Below, piece by piece: positions 1 to 10,165 of a stretch of DNA of 64,000 bases (its first letter is position 1; every line of letters begins with the position of its first letter). The translations under genes were made by a program, and so were the position numbers. This stretch comes from Thermoplasmatota archaeon. GTDB lineage: Archaea > Thermoplasmatota > E2 > JACPAO01 > JAHFTW01. The notes below the pieces were generated by a model that searched no databases, had not been told where the DNA came from, and was given only the letters and a program-made list of their open reading frames with translations. The DNA is taken from NCBI GenBank assembly GCA_041601615.1, contig JBFIHX010000005.1, forward strand, positions 128,001-192,000, read 5' to 3'.

Positions 1-1662
1 GCCCCATCCTTCCTTCCATGCGCATCGTTCATTGCTCGAACCATGGAATGTGTGGCCGCTGGGGCAAATACCGTCCGTATAGGCGCCATAGATATCTCGC
101 ATTAGGTGGTGGCCGAATTCATGTGCAACGGTGTTTGGATTTTTTGCCTTATTTGATCCCAAATGAATCTCCATTCGTGAGGATTCGTAATGTGCCGTTG
201 ATTCATCGTGGTTGGTGCCGTCGTAGCCAAGAGTAGAAACACTGGCTTCAGCGGGAGATCGGAGCGTCACTGAGTTTTGAATGAAGTACCCGTTTCCATG
301 GATTCTCGCGTTGGCAATCATTGCCCAGTAATAGGCCATGGCGCCGCCATCCCAGTCTTCTTGATCGAGTTGTTCGTATCCATAATTCCCAGTTGGGGAT
401 TTTCCGTCCACGATGATTGTGCCAATTCCGCAGAAGCTGTGCGGACAGTTGACCCGTTGAGCCTGCCCAGGATTGTAGTAGTACACATTGCCCATTTCGT
501 CTGCGCTTGTGACGCGGCCTGTTGCGTGGAGGCCCACTTGAACGTAGGGGTCAATGGCGGATTCTTGGTCTTCAACATAAATGTACATTCCAAAATAGCC
601 ATCGGAATCTGATGATGTACTACCAAAGTAGTCATGATTATATCTGCCATCGCTGTCGTAAATGTCGATGGAGCAGTGGGTGCACGGTCGCTCTTCAAGA
701 GAATCTGGTTCACGAAGTTTGATAGTTCCACTGATGTATACGGGCCGCCCATTGTTGCTACTCTGGTCCTCATAGCCGGTTTGGGGGTCTTTGAAATTGA
801 TATTCGACTGAGTGTTTGCCGTTTGTCGTTCGGTCCCGGGTTCAGGGGAGGTGCCATTGGCCTCCGAAGGAATTCGGGATGGTCGGATGTCTTCGGGCAA
901 GAATGCGGTGAGGGCGTCGCCAAGTTCGATTGTTTCGTGCACGGCTGGCGGGAGCGGTGGCGCGATCAACCCATTGGATGATTGGAAGATGGCAGGGAAA
1001 CCGTTGCCTATTGGAGGGTCTAGCATGGCGCTGAAGTTGCAGCAGCGTCCTAGCATGTTGTTGACGGCGACACCGTAGTTGCCCCAGGCGTAGAATCCGT
1101 CTGCGTCGCGGGGTATGTTGGATGCGTGTTCTTCTGCGGCCTCCAAGGCTTGGCCAATCAGGGTGGCAATACCGGCGCTTTGGACCAATTCTGGGCGGTC
1201 TGTCTCATTGAAGATTCGATAGAACTGTAAGTGGTAGTCGTTGTTGAGGCCGTACGCGTCCCCTCCGTCTACTTCAATGCTCAGTCGAATCTGTGCGACT
1301 GGCTCCTTAAGCGGTATGAATCGAATCGCCTCCCATAGGTTGCCCGTAGTGAGGTTGCGGCCCCGCAGGGCCTCTTCGCCATCAGCAAGCTGGGCACGAC
1401 CATCAGGGGACCAAACTTCGATGCTGGTTTTGTTTGCGCTCCAGGCGCTCTTGCCGGTGAGTTCTATGCTCCAGTCGCCTTCGGGGTCGCCAACGAGACG
1501 GAAGTCGGTGATGAGGGGCTCATCGTTGTGATCTGGGGTTGTCGGATTGGATTCTAGTGCCTCAAGCGGGAGTGGTGCTGCGAGGGCCGGCACGGCCAGC
1601 AGGAGGGCCATTGTTAGCGTCGCAATGTGCTTGGTGGTTGGGAGTTTGGCTTTCATGGTCAT
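1..1662 (-). CDS. Secreted zinc metalloprotease (gluzincin-like), partial, runs off left edge
   Basis: Not in the ORF track; translated by hand. Open frame from ATG at 1662 (GAGGT upstream) to position 1. Signal peptide MTMKAKLPTTKHIATLTMALLLAVPALA; NTVAHEFGHHLM (HExxH at 109-123) and a downstream AWKEGWG third-ligand-like Glu. Confidence 0.8.
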   Translation of the reverse strand, partial: MTMKAKLPTTKHIATLTMALLLAVPALAAPLPLEALESNPTTPDHNDEPLITDFRLVGDPEGDWSIELTGKSAWSANKTSIEVWSPDGRAQLADGEEALRGRNLTTGNLWEAIRFIPLKEPVAQIRLSIEVDGGDAYGLNNDYHLQFYRIFNETDRPELVQSAGIATLIGQALEAAEEHASNIPRDADGFYAWGNYGVAVNNMLGRCCNFSAMLDPPIGNGFPAIFQSSNGLIAPPLPPAVHETIELGDALTAFLPEDIRPSRIPSEANGTSPEPGTERQTANTQSNINFKDPQTGYEDQSSNNGRPVYISGTIKLREPDSLEERPCTHCSIDIYDSDGRYNHDYFGSTSSDSDGYFGMYIYVEDQESAIDPYVQVGLHATGRVTSADEMGNVYYYNPGQAQRVNCPHSFCGIGTIIVDGKSPTGNYGYEQLDQEDWDGGAMAYYWAMIANARIHGNGYFIQNSVTLRSPAEASVSTLGYDGTNHDESTAHYESSRMEIHLGSNKAKNPNTVAHEFGHHLMRDIYGAYTDGICPSGHTFHGSSNERCAWKEGWG

Positions 1663-2118
1663 ATATACTACCTCATATCTTTTTTATCGCAAAAAATGCG
1701 AGTTCATTTATGGCTGGCGTTAAGGCGAGGTCTGACCCCAATGTGCCTGTCGAAACAAGATTCAGTAAGCATGCAAACCAAAACTTTGAGAGCGGACAAT
1801 CAATTCGCTACCGGAGCCAGCGCGAGATGCCACCATGAATTTATAAATGTAGTGTAGAGATAATCTGAAAATAAGGCGATATTTTCCAAATAAGTAATAT
1901 AAATGCGACGCATTTGGGACAATCATAGTTGCGGGTCTTTGGCGTTTCTGGGCTCAAGAATCGGCATAATGGAATTGCCTCCGTTGCAGCCTAGTCGGAA
2001 TTGGGACTAGGTTCGTCCGTTCTTGGTGCAGTTTTGCCGTCCAAATACAATCATGACTTGCCACGGCGGTCAGAGGGGTTGGGTGGAGCCTTGAAGTCCA
2101 AATTTGCCCTTTGCAAGC

Positions 2119-2979
2119 TTACGCCATTTTTGCGTAGTCGTAGAACCCCTTCCCCGATTTGCGTCCGTAGTGGCCTGCCTGGACCATCTTGCGAAGCAGC
2201 GGGGCGGCGCGGTATTTGGGGTCGCCGAAGCCGGCGTACAGGATGTCCATGATGGCCAGGAGCGTGTCCAGGCCTACGAAATCTGCGAGCGTGAGGGGGC
2301 CCATGGGGTGGTTCATGCCCTTTTTCATGATGGCGTCGATGTCTTCGGCGGTTCCGACGCCTTCTTGCAGCGTGAAGATCGCCTCGTTGATCATCGGGCA
2401 GAGGATGCGGTTGCTGACGAAGCCGGGGTAGTCGTTGCAGGCGTGGCAGTCCTTGCCCATCTTGGCGCCCACTTCGTAGACGGCGGCCACGGTCTCGTCG
2501 CTGGTTTCGTGGCCCTTGATGACTTCGATGAGCTTCATGAGCGGAACGGGATTCATGAAGTGCATGCCGATGAACTGGGCAGGTCTCTTGGTGGCACTTC
2601 CAAGGACGGTGATCGGGATGCTGCTGGTGTTGCTGGCGAAGATGGCTGTGGGCTTGATGAGGCCGTCGAGTTCGGTCCATAGCGCCTTTTTGATGGTCTC
2701 GTTTTCGATGATGGCTTCGATGACGAGGTCGCAGTCGGCGAGTGCTGCGTTCTTGGTGCTGATGGAGACGCGGGCGAGGGCTGCATCGGCGTCTGCTTGG
2801 GTCATTTTCTCCTTGCGCACGAACTTGCCGAGGCTGGATTCGATGCTGGCGCGGCCGGATTCGACGAACTCCTGTTTGAGGTCCACCATCACGACGTCGA
2901 AGCCTGCGACGGCGGCTACTTGTGCGATTCCGTTGCCCATTTGACCAGCGCCTACGACGCCGATGCGGGAGATTGCCAT
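2119..2979 (-). CDS. hbd: 3-hydroxybutyryl-CoA / 3-hydroxyacyl-CoA dehydrogenase
   Basis: VVGAGQMG Rossmann motif, [35 protein letters not shown]. Start trimmed to MAISRIG. Confidence 0.93.
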   Translation of the reverse strand: MAISRIGVVGAGQMGNGIAQVAAVAGFDVVMVDLKQEFVESGRASIESSLGKFVRKEKMTQADADAALARVSISTKNAALADCDLVIEAIIENETIKKALWTELDGLIKPTAIFASNTSSIPITVLGSATKRPAQFIGMHFMNPVPLMKLIEVIKGHETSDETVAAVYEVGAKMGKDCHACNDYPGFVSNRILCPMINEAIFTLQEGVGTAEDIDAIMKKGMNHPMGPLTLADFVGLDTLLAIMDILYAGFGDPKYRAAPLLRKMVQAGHYGRKSGKGFYDYAKMA

Positions 2980-3122
2980 GGGGCCCCGGACGGGGGTGGG
3001 CTTGAAAAGGGCTCGACGGGAAACGACGGCGTTGTTGGGTCGTGCGCTTGGGTCCATGTGCCCCAAGAGCCGTGCCGCCTGCCTCGCTGTGGTCAAATAG
3101 GACGGGGAGGGCAGTTGGTCTG

Positions 3123-4235
3123 ATGCAGCCTCCGCCCGCGCAAGCCGTCTTGGATGCGTTGCCGTCTGAAGTCGTGTTGTTGGACAGTAATGGTCGCATT
3201 CAGGCGGCCAATGATTCGTGGGCAACGTTTGCGTCCGGCAATGGACTTCCGGGTGTTTCCTGGGTCGGCATGGACTATCTGGGCGTGTGCAGGGGGCCCG
3301 ACGGCGGCGATGCTGCTGCCGCGGGGATTGAGGACGTTTTGGCGGGGCGGCGCGACCACTTCGAGTTGGAGTATCCCTGTCATGGGCCGGATGAGCGCCG
3401 GTGGTTCGAGATGCGGGTCCGTCGGTTGGAGGCTCCGAACGCGGCGTGGGTGGTTGTGAGTCACGAGAACATCACGGGGCGGTATCTTGCGGAGGAGGCG
3501 CGTCGTGCGCAGTGGGAGTCGGCACAGGCGCTCGCGGTCGAAGCTGATCGCTCAGCGTTCATGCGTTCGTTTCTGAATGAGGTGTCGCATGAAATGCGCA
3601 CTCCGCTTGCGACGTTGGCGTTGCGTGTTGCGCGGACGCCAGAGGATCAGCGGTCGTCGTTGCGAAGGCCCCTGGCGCGTGCGGAAGAAACGCTGACTCG
3701 GGTGGAGGGTGCGGTACGCGCGCTCTCTGCGGAGACCACCATGGGCTCCGTGCCGTTGCGGAATCTTGCGGGGGCCTTGGACAGCGCCAAGGCGAGTGCG
3801 ATGCGCCGGGATGTGAAACTGGTAGTGGAGTTGCCGGATCGAGGTGTTCGAACGGACGCGGTGGCGGCGGCGGAAGTGTTGTCTCTGCTCGCATCGCATC
3901 TTCTTGCGACGTGCCCTGCGGGGGGCCGCCTCGAATTGTTGGCCGATGAGCGCCCCGGCGCTGTACACCTGCACATGGTGGCGGATGTTGCATCTGGAGC
4001 CGCCTTGCCGGACCTTTGGTTGCTTGCCGCGCGGCACTTGGCGGCGCGGGCGGGATTGTCGTTGCGGCAGGAGGAGCGCGACGATACTCGACAGAGCTGG
4101 GTGCTTGCCCTTCAGGCGACGGCCCGCAAGGAATCGTCTGCGCGGCCCGAGCGTCCGCAGCGATTGGAACAACGTGCGCCGAGGCGCGCAGAGGAGGTCG
4201 GGTCGGAAGTTGCGGCTAGTGCCAAAGGGCCGTAG
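3123..4235 (+). CDS. PAS-domain sensor with HisKA H-box and degenerate ATPase domain
   Basis: PAS-like [22 protein letters not shown]...[12 protein letters not shown]; H-box [11 protein letters not shown]; no recognisable N, G1 or G2 boxes. Confidence 0.75.
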   Translation: MQPPPAQAVLDALPSEVVLLDSNGRIQAANDSWATFASGNGLPGVSWVGMDYLGVCRGPDGGDAAAAGIEDVLAGRRDHFELEYPCHGPDERRWFEMRVRRLEAPNAAWVVVSHENITGRYLAEEARRAQWESAQALAVEADRSAFMRSFLNEVSHEMRTPLATLALRVARTPEDQRSSLRRPLARAEETLTRVEGAVRALSAETTMGSVPLRNLAGALDSAKASAMRRDVKLVVELPDRGVRTDAVAAAEVLSLLASHLLATCPAGGRLELLADERPGAVHLHMVADVASGAALPDLWLLAARHLAARAGLSLRQEERDDTRQSWVLALQATARKESSARPERPQRLEQRAPRRAEEVGSEVAASAKGP

Positions 4236-4240
4236 TTCGT

Positions 4241-5428
4241 CTACGCCTGCGGGACCGTGACAGTCATGCTGACGGCGTTGCCGCCGCCGAGGCACAACGT
4301 CGCGAGGCCGCGTCCGCCGCCGCGTTGCTGGAGTGCGTAGATGAGGGTCGTGAGGACTCGGGCTCCACTGGCTCCAATCGGGTGGCCAAGGGCGACCGCG
4401 CCGCCGTGGACGTTGAATTTGTCGAGGGGGATGCCGAGTTCTTTGGTGACGGCGCAGGAGGCGCTTGCGAACGCTTCGTTGTGCTCGAAGAGGTCGATGT
4501 CGTCGACGGTGAGGCCGGTTTTGGCAAACAAGTTGCGCACCGATACGATGGGCGCTTCCATGACCCATTCGGGTTTGGTGCCGCTGGCGTCGTAGGCTTC
4601 GATTTCGGCGAGAATCGGGAGGTTGTGGGCTTCGGCGTAGGCCTTGGAGACGACGATGACGGCACTGGCGCCGTCCGAGAGTTGGCTGGCGTTGGCGGCG
4701 GTCACTTGGCCGTCGGTGCGGAAGACCGGCTTCATGCGGGCAATACCCTCGGCGGTGGTGTCGGCGCGGATGCCTTCGTCGCGAGCAACGACGGTGTCGT
4801 CTTTGCGGCCCTTGATGGTCACGGGGATGACTTCGGCATCGAATTCGCCGGATTCCCATGCGGCGGCTGCCTTCTTGTGGCTGGCCTCGGTGAGGTTGTC
4901 GCTGTCGGCGCGGGTGACTTCGTAGCGTTCGGCGACGATTTCGCCGGTTTCGCCCATGTGGAAGCCGTTGTAGTGGTCCCAGAGGCCGTCGTGGACCATG
5001 TGGTCGATGAGTTTGCCGTCGCCGAGGCGGAGGCCTTTGCGGCTGCCCATCAAGATGTGCGGCGCGTTGCTCATGGATTCCATGCCGCCGGCTACGACGA
5101 CGCTGCGGTCGCCGGCCTTGATGGCTTGGGCTGCGAGCATGATGGCTTTGAGGGCGGAGCCGCAGACTTTGTTGACGGTGAATGCGGGCACGGAGTCGGG
5201 AACGTCTGCTCCGAGGGCGGCGGCGCGGGCGGGGTTCTGGCCCAGTCCTGCTTGCAGCACGTTGCCCATGATGACCTCCTCGATGTCCGTGGCGGGCACG
5301 CCGGAGCGGGCGATTGCTTCGCGGATGGCGATGGAGCCAAGGTCGGTCGCCTTCAGTGGCGATAGTCCGCCAAGGTACTTGCCAATCGGGGTGCGGCAGG
5401 CGCCGACGATGACGGGTTGGTCGCTCAT
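4241..5428 (-). CDS. Acetyl-CoA C-acetyltransferase (thiolase)
   Basis: RTPIG, NKVCGS, GGMESMS, NEAFA, GHPIGASG and CLGGG motifs. Confidence 0.95.
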   Translation of the reverse strand: MSDQPVIVGACRTPIGKYLGGLSPLKATDLGSIAIREAIARSGVPATDIEEVIMGNVLQAGLGQNPARAAALGADVPDSVPAFTVNKVCGSALKAIMLAAQAIKAGDRSVVVAGGMESMSNAPHILMGSRKGLRLGDGKLIDHMVHDGLWDHYNGFHMGETGEIVAERYEVTRADSDNLTEASHKKAAAAWESGEFDAEVIPVTIKGRKDDTVVARDEGIRADTTAEGIARMKPVFRTDGQVTAANASQLSDGASAVIVVSKAYAEAHNLPILAEIEAYDASGTKPEWVMEAPIVSVRNLFAKTGLTVDDIDLFEHNEAFASASCAVTKELGIPLDKFNVHGGAVALGHPIGASGARVLTTLIYALQQRGGGRGLATLCLGGGNAVSMTVTVPQA

Positions 5429-5450
5429 TGCATCGCCCATAGAGAGGTGG

Positions 5451-5969
5451 TCATAAAAGGGTGGGAAGGGGGCTGGAAGCGGCCCAATTGTATCGCATCC
5501 GCCCGTCCGAGCAATTCTGGGGGCCACGAAAGCCGCAGCGCAGGAGGACGCGGCGGGATGCGAGGTTGTCGGGATGGCAGAAAGCCTCCAGGGGGATGCC
5601 TTGGAACGCCTCGGCCCAATGGAGTTGCACGACTCCCAGCGCCTCGGTGGCGAGCCCTTGGTTTTGGTGGGTTGCGGCGATGCTGTAGCCAATCTCGAAC
5701 GCCTGTCCACCGTCTGCCGTGGTTGCGGGGCGGGTGCGCATGATGCCTACCACTGCGCCGGCCAGTTCGATGATCCAGCCCGGTGCTCCGGCTCGATTGT
5801 ATTCCGCAAGTTCCTGAAGATGTGCTTCGGTGTCCTGGATTGTGTACTCGGCGCGGGTGGCTTCGGGCACGGTGGAGACGTAGCGAAGAAACTCTGAGTC
5901 GCGGGCGAATTCGTAGACGGCGGCCGCATCGGCACTTTCTGGCGGGCGCAATCGGACGCGGGCACCCAC
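5451..5969 (-). CDS. GNAT family (RimJ/RimL-like) N-acetyltransferase
   Basis: EIGYSI...HQNQGLATEAL...NLASRRVLLRCGF. Confidence 0.85.
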   Translation of the reverse strand: MGARVRLRPPESADAAAVYEFARDSEFLRYVSTVPEATRAEYTIQDTEAHLQELAEYNRAGAPGWIIELAGAVVGIMRTRPATTADGGQAFEIGYSIAATHQNQGLATEALGVVQLHWAEAFQGIPLEAFCHPDNLASRRVLLRCGFRGPQNCSDGRMRYNWAASSPLPTLL

Positions 5970-6011
5970 GAGGACTGGAGGCTGAATGGGTTGGCCAAGC
6001 GAGGCGGGCGC

Positions 6012-6605
6012 ATGGAACCTGTGGTGCGGGCGCGCCGGGCTCCATTGGACTTTGTGGCGACAAGTGTGCGACCCTTTCTTGGTGTCGAAAGCCCATCAAC
6101 CATCATGGCAGAATTGGTGCGCCCCGGTGTCCTTGGCCGACTGATTCGATTCGTCATGGCCGGCGCGGTGGGGTGGCTCGGGTTCGAGACGCTACGAAAC
6201 ACGCGCGGATTTTGGGATGGCATCGGGCCCGACCCGCAGTTCATTCCCATGGCTCTCGCGCTGGTCGGGTTCACGGGCTGGGTCGTGAGCGAACTCGTGG
6301 GCCGCGACTGGGGCAGCCGGCCGACACTCGTGATGCTTGCGCTCTGTGCCGTCGCTGCCGCCATTGGTGCCGCGCAAGGAAATGTCTGGGGCCCGCCGCT
6401 CGGAATCGCATTTTGGACCTGGGGAGTCTTGTTTTCGCTGCTGTTGGCGCCGGCGTTCCTGCTGGCGGCGCTGCTTGGAACACCTGGGTGCGAGATGCGA
6501 AGCTACGCCGATTTGTGGACGCGGATGCGGGGTGGTGATCCGGCGGCGGTGGCTTGTCCGGGGTGGATTGATCGTTTGGATGGGGTCCGGGTGTTTGGGA
6601 AGTGA
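6012..6605 (+). CDS. Hypothetical multi-pass membrane protein with C-terminal PGCE...CP motif
   Basis: 4-5 hydrophobic segments; LLGTPGCEMRS...ACPGWIDRLD. Start uncertain. Confidence 0.65.
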   Translation: MEPVVRARRAPLDFVATSVRPFLGVESPSTIMAELVRPGVLGRLIRFVMAGAVGWLGFETLRNTRGFWDGIGPDPQFIPMALALVGFTGWVVSELVGRDWGSRPTLVMLALCAVAAAIGAAQGNVWGPPLGIAFWTWGVLFSLLLAPAFLLAALLGTPGCEMRSYADLWTRMRGGDPAAVACPGWIDRLDGVRVFGK

Positions 6606-6652
6606 CCCGTTGCGGCTGTTTCCATCCGACCTTGAAAAAGTTCGATTATTTT

Positions 6653-6680
6653 GGGCGGCGCTCGCTTCGCTCGGCCACCC
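6653..6680. repeat. 28-bp hairpin element, copy A (copy B at 16973-17000)
   Basis: GGGCGGCGCTCGCTTCGCTCGGCCACCC between convergent genes; same scaffold as copy B with compensatory stem changes. Confidence 0.5.
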
Positions 6681-6690
6681 GTGCAGGCGA

Positions 6691-7125
6691 TCAGGCCGCT
6701 TCCATGGGCTCGGCTACGGCCATCCCGTCCCGCAGAACGAGCTTGACCGTACCGGGCGCCGGCGCTTGGCTCATGGGCTTACCCACGAGGTTGATCGGAT
6801 TGCCGTCTTTGTCTCCGAAGATGAAGAAGTAGCCCACGTCGGATTCGTGGGGGGCGCGCAGGAGGCTCCAGCCGGCGGCTTCGAGGTGGGCGCAGAGGTC
6901 CTTGCCGTCGCCGCTGATGGTGAAGCCGATGGCGGTGTCGAGCATGGTGGTGGGGCGTTCGTCCCAGCGGTGCAGGACGAGTTGCAGGCCGTCGGCGTGG
7001 CGCAAAACGGTCATGTCGCCGGCTTCGCGCTCGACGTTGAATCCAAGGGCCTCGTAGAGGGGGACGTTGGCGCCGATGTCGCGCACGTAGCGGGCAAGGT
7101 TGCGCAGGCTGAGGCTCAGGGTCAT
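6691..7125 (-). CDS. VOC/glyoxalase family protein
   Basis: YVRDIGANVPLYEALGF...FFIFGDKDGNPINL, a VOC-like pattern. Confidence 0.8.
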   Translation of the reverse strand: MTLSLSLRNLARYVRDIGANVPLYEALGFNVEREAGDMTVLRHADGLQLVLHRWDERPTTMLDTAIGFTISGDGKDLCAHLEAAGWSLLRAPHESDVGYFFIFGDKDGNPINLVGKPMSQAPAPGTVKLVLRDGMAVAEPMEAA

Positions 7126-7178
7126 GGGTGCGGCGAGCCGAGGCGCATACTTTAGGCTTGGCTAACTTCGTTGATGGG

Positions 7179-10112
7179 TCAACGGCGCCCGGTTCGGAAC
7201 TCTACGGCGGGCTCGTGGCGCATGAGGCGGGCTTTCATGGCCGATTCGTAGCGTTGGCGGCGGCGTTTGCGGTGGGCGAGTCGTCGTCGGGTCTCGATGG
7301 CGCCGAGGGCTAGAAACAGGAGGAGGATGCCGGTCCAGACGAGGGGCATGACGGCGATGCCGCCGGCGCTGGGGGTTTTGGGGGCGGTGGCGGATAGCAG
7401 CGGGGCGGCCTCCGGGTTTTTGTCCGTGCTTGGTGCGTCGGGTTTGTCGCCTTTGTCGAGTGCTCGTTGGCGGTCGAGATCTTCTTGGATGGATTCGTCG
7501 GGGGGTGCAAGGTCGCCTTGGAAGATGCCGGGGCCGGAGGTGTCGTTTTGGTCGTCGGGGGGCCCGAAAAGGTCCTGGAACTCATCTTCGGGGAGGACGT
7601 TGATCCAGCCGGAAAGGGCGTCGGTGTGGCCCATGTCGTCGGTGACCCGGATGTCGATGGTGTGGTTGCCCAGTTTGTCAAAGGTGTGGCCGGCGTTTTG
7701 ATGGTCGCTGTAGTGCTTTCCATTGATGCGCCATTCCCATTGCAGGCGGTCGGGGGCTTCGTCTGCGGCGCGGGCCAAAAATACGCCATGGCTGCCTTGG
7801 GGTACGGTGCCTGCGAGGGGCCACGCTGAGAGTCGCGGCGGGTCGTCGGGGATGGTGACGGTGCGCATGGCGGTGCCGGTGTTGCCGCGTTCGTCGTACA
7901 CGGTGAGGTAGAACGGTTGGGGGCCGGCGTCGTCAAACGTGATGGTGTGGCTCCGTGGGCCTTGGGTCATGTTGTCGAGGGTGGTGCCCCAGCTCCATGC
8001 GACGATGTCGGAGCCACCTGGCGTGGAGGTGTCGGTGAATGTGACGCTTCGTTTGGGGAGGACTTTTGCTGTGAAGTCTGCGGGAATGGTGCCTACGGTG
8101 CTGTTTTGGGCGGAGGCGGCGGAGGTGGAGCCGATGATGGTGAGGCGGGCTTCGTGGGTGGCGCCGTGGTCGTCGCTGACGCGGAGCCGGAATTGGTTGA
8201 CGCCTCGGGTGATTTGGGCCTCTGCTTGTTCGCCGCTGGCGGCGGTGCTGTAGGTGCCTGCGACGGGGTCTTGGCGCAGCCAATTGTAGGATTGAATTGC
8301 GCTGTCTGGGTCTGTGCTTGCGCTGCCGTCGAGTTTTGCGGTGCCGAGGCCTGCTGCGTCGACTTGGACTACGCGTGGGGGGCCGGCGTTGGCGACGGGT
8401 GGTGCGTTGTTGATGGTGATGTCTTGGTAGGCGTGGAGGGTGTCGCCGGCTTCGTTGGTGACGGTGAGGTGGACGGGCCAGGTGCCGCCGTGGGGGAAGC
8501 GGTGGGTGGGGTTTGCTTCGGTGCTGTCGGTGGTTCCGTCGCCGTCCCAGTCCCAGTCCCAGTGTTTGGCGCCGGCGCGGTGGTCGTCTACGTCGGACCA
8601 GAAGTAGACGAAGCGGTCGGGGTCGATGCCTCGGTAGTATTCGCAGCAGTATTGGATGGTCAGGCCGAGTTGTGGTGGGCGGACTACGATGTTGAGCCGC
8701 TGGGTGCCGGTGCCGCCGAGGTCGTCCGTGACGGTGAGTTCATAGTCGTAGTTGCCAAGAGGTAGGTCCACGTCCACGAAGGGTTCGTTGCTGATGGTTT
8801 TGCCGTCGCGGCGCCATTCGTAGTCGACGATGGTGCCGTCGCGGTCGAAGGAGTGGGATGCGTCGAGGGTGAAGGCTTCGTGGCCGTCTTGATCGATGTC
8901 GTCGACGGGTTCGTCGGGGAGTCCGATGGCTATTGGGTTGGCGTTGTCGTAGTAGGCAAGCACCAGGCCGGTTCGCGCGTTGCCGGTGTATTCGCTGGGG
9001 GCGCCGAGGGCGGCGACGCGGCCTTCGAGTGCGAGTGCTTCGGGGTGGGGGTGGTCGTGTCCGAATGCTGCCCAGCCGCCTAGGAATCCCACTTCGCACC
9101 AGGGGCCCCACCAGCAGCGCAGTTTTTCGTTTTCATGAATGTAGACGCCGACGTTGCTCCACCAGTAGTTCACAATGAGGATGGTGTCTTCGCGGGCGGC
9201 GACGGCGGTGGCGTCGGTGCTTTCATCCTGGATTTGTTGCCAGCGACCGTTGGTGCTTTTTTCGTAGATGGACACCCAGCCTGAGCCTTCTTTGTCCCCG
9301 CTGGCTGCTAAGTAGCTCGTGGATGCGCTGACCACGACGGCGGTGCCTGTGGTGGCGACTTTGAAGCCGAAGCTGCTTTCGGCGTCGGTGCCGCGGCTTG
9401 CTTCGACGCTGTCGGCGAGGTTCCAGGTGCTGCCTTGGCGGGTGTAGATGTAGGCGGCGCCGGGGGCGGCTTGTTCGACGAATGGTTGGGCGGGTGCGCC
9501 GACGACGAGGATGCCGTCTCGCATGGCAAGGTCGGCGCCGAAGATGCGTTGGTTTGTGGTGGTGGGTTCCTCGATGGTGTGGTGGTGGGCGTAGGTGTTG
9601 CCGCTGAGTTTGTAGATGTGTACGGCGCCTCGGGAGCCGGCGTTGATGAGAAAGTCGTCAAGGGGTTGGGAGACGAAGAGGTAGCTGTCTTTGGCCAGCA
9701 CGTCGTCGCCGAATGCGCCGGTGGATGTGAGGCTGGTTTGGCGTTTCCAGCCCGTGCCGTCGTGGTTCCAAATGGCGACTTCGCCGTGGTGGGCGACGAT
9801 TGCGTGGCTGTCGGCGAGGCTGACGGAGGTGATGCTTCCGAAGCCGGGGTTCAGGGTTGCTTCCAGGGTCCAGTGGTTTTGTTCCCGGGTGTACAGGTAG
9901 GCGGCGTTGCTTGCGGCGACGAGGATGCGTTCTCCGTCGGTTGCTATGTCGTGTCCGAATCGCCGTACACTGTCGTTGGGAGGCGAAATGAGGCTCTCGG
10001 TTTCAAAGTAGGGCCAGCGCACGGATTCGGTTTGCGCTTCGTCCTGGGAGTGCACCGGGAGGGCGAGCCCCGCCACGAGAAGCAGGAGGACGATACCGAC
10101 GGCTGGGCGCAC
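7179..10112 (-). CDS. Cell-surface protein: FG-GAP beta-propeller, several PKD domains, C-terminal TM anchor
   Basis: Signal peptide; FG...VVGAP...GAAYIY repeats; PKD motifs (LDASHSFDRDG, WDWDGDG, LTVTDDLG); TM helix followed by a basic tail. Confidence 0.88.
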   Translation of the reverse strand: MRPAVGIVLLLLVAGLALPVHSQDEAQTESVRWPYFETESLISPPNDSVRRFGHDIATDGERILVAASNAAYLYTREQNHWTLEATLNPGFGSITSVSLADSHAIVAHHGEVAIWNHDGTGWKRQTSLTSTGAFGDDVLAKDSYLFVSQPLDDFLINAGSRGAVHIYKLSGNTYAHHHTIEEPTTTNQRIFGADLAMRDGILVVGAPAQPFVEQAAPGAAYIYTRQGSTWNLADSVEASRGTDAESSFGFKVATTGTAVVVSASTSYLAASGDKEGSGWVSIYEKSTNGRWQQIQDESTDATAVAAREDTILIVNYWWSNVGVYIHENEKLRCWWGPWCEVGFLGGWAAFGHDHPHPEALALEGRVAALGAPSEYTGNARTGLVLAYYDNANPIAIGLPDEPVDDIDQDGHEAFTLDASHSFDRDGTIVDYEWRRDGKTISNEPFVDVDLPLGNYDYELTVTDDLGGTGTQRLNIVVRPPQLGLTIQYCCEYYRGIDPDRFVYFWSDVDDHRAGAKHWDWDWDGDGTTDSTEANPTHRFPHGGTWPVHLTVTNEAGDTLHAYQDITINNAPPVANAGPPRVVQVDAAGLGTAKLDGSASTDPDSAIQSYNWLRQDPVAGTYSTAASGEQAEAQITRGVNQFRLRVSDDHGATHEARLTIIGSTSAASAQNSTVGTIPADFTAKVLPKRSVTFTDTSTPGGSDIVAWSWGTTLDNMTQGPRSHTITFDDAGPQPFYLTVYDERGNTGTAMRTVTIPDDPPRLSAWPLAGTVPQGSHGVFLARAADEAPDRLQWEWRINGKHYSDHQNAGHTFDKLGNHTIDIRVTDDMGHTDALSGWINVLPEDEFQDLFGPPDDQNDTSGPGIFQGDLAPPDESIQEDLDRQRALDKGDKPDAPSTDKNPEAAPLLSATAPKTPSAGGIAVMPLVWTGILLLFLALGAIETRRRLAHRKRRRQRYESAMKARLMRHEPAVEFRTGRR

Positions 10113-10165
10113 GGCTGTACCCCTTCTTGCAGGTATTTATCACTGTTGGGAGTTTTGTGGTTCCT

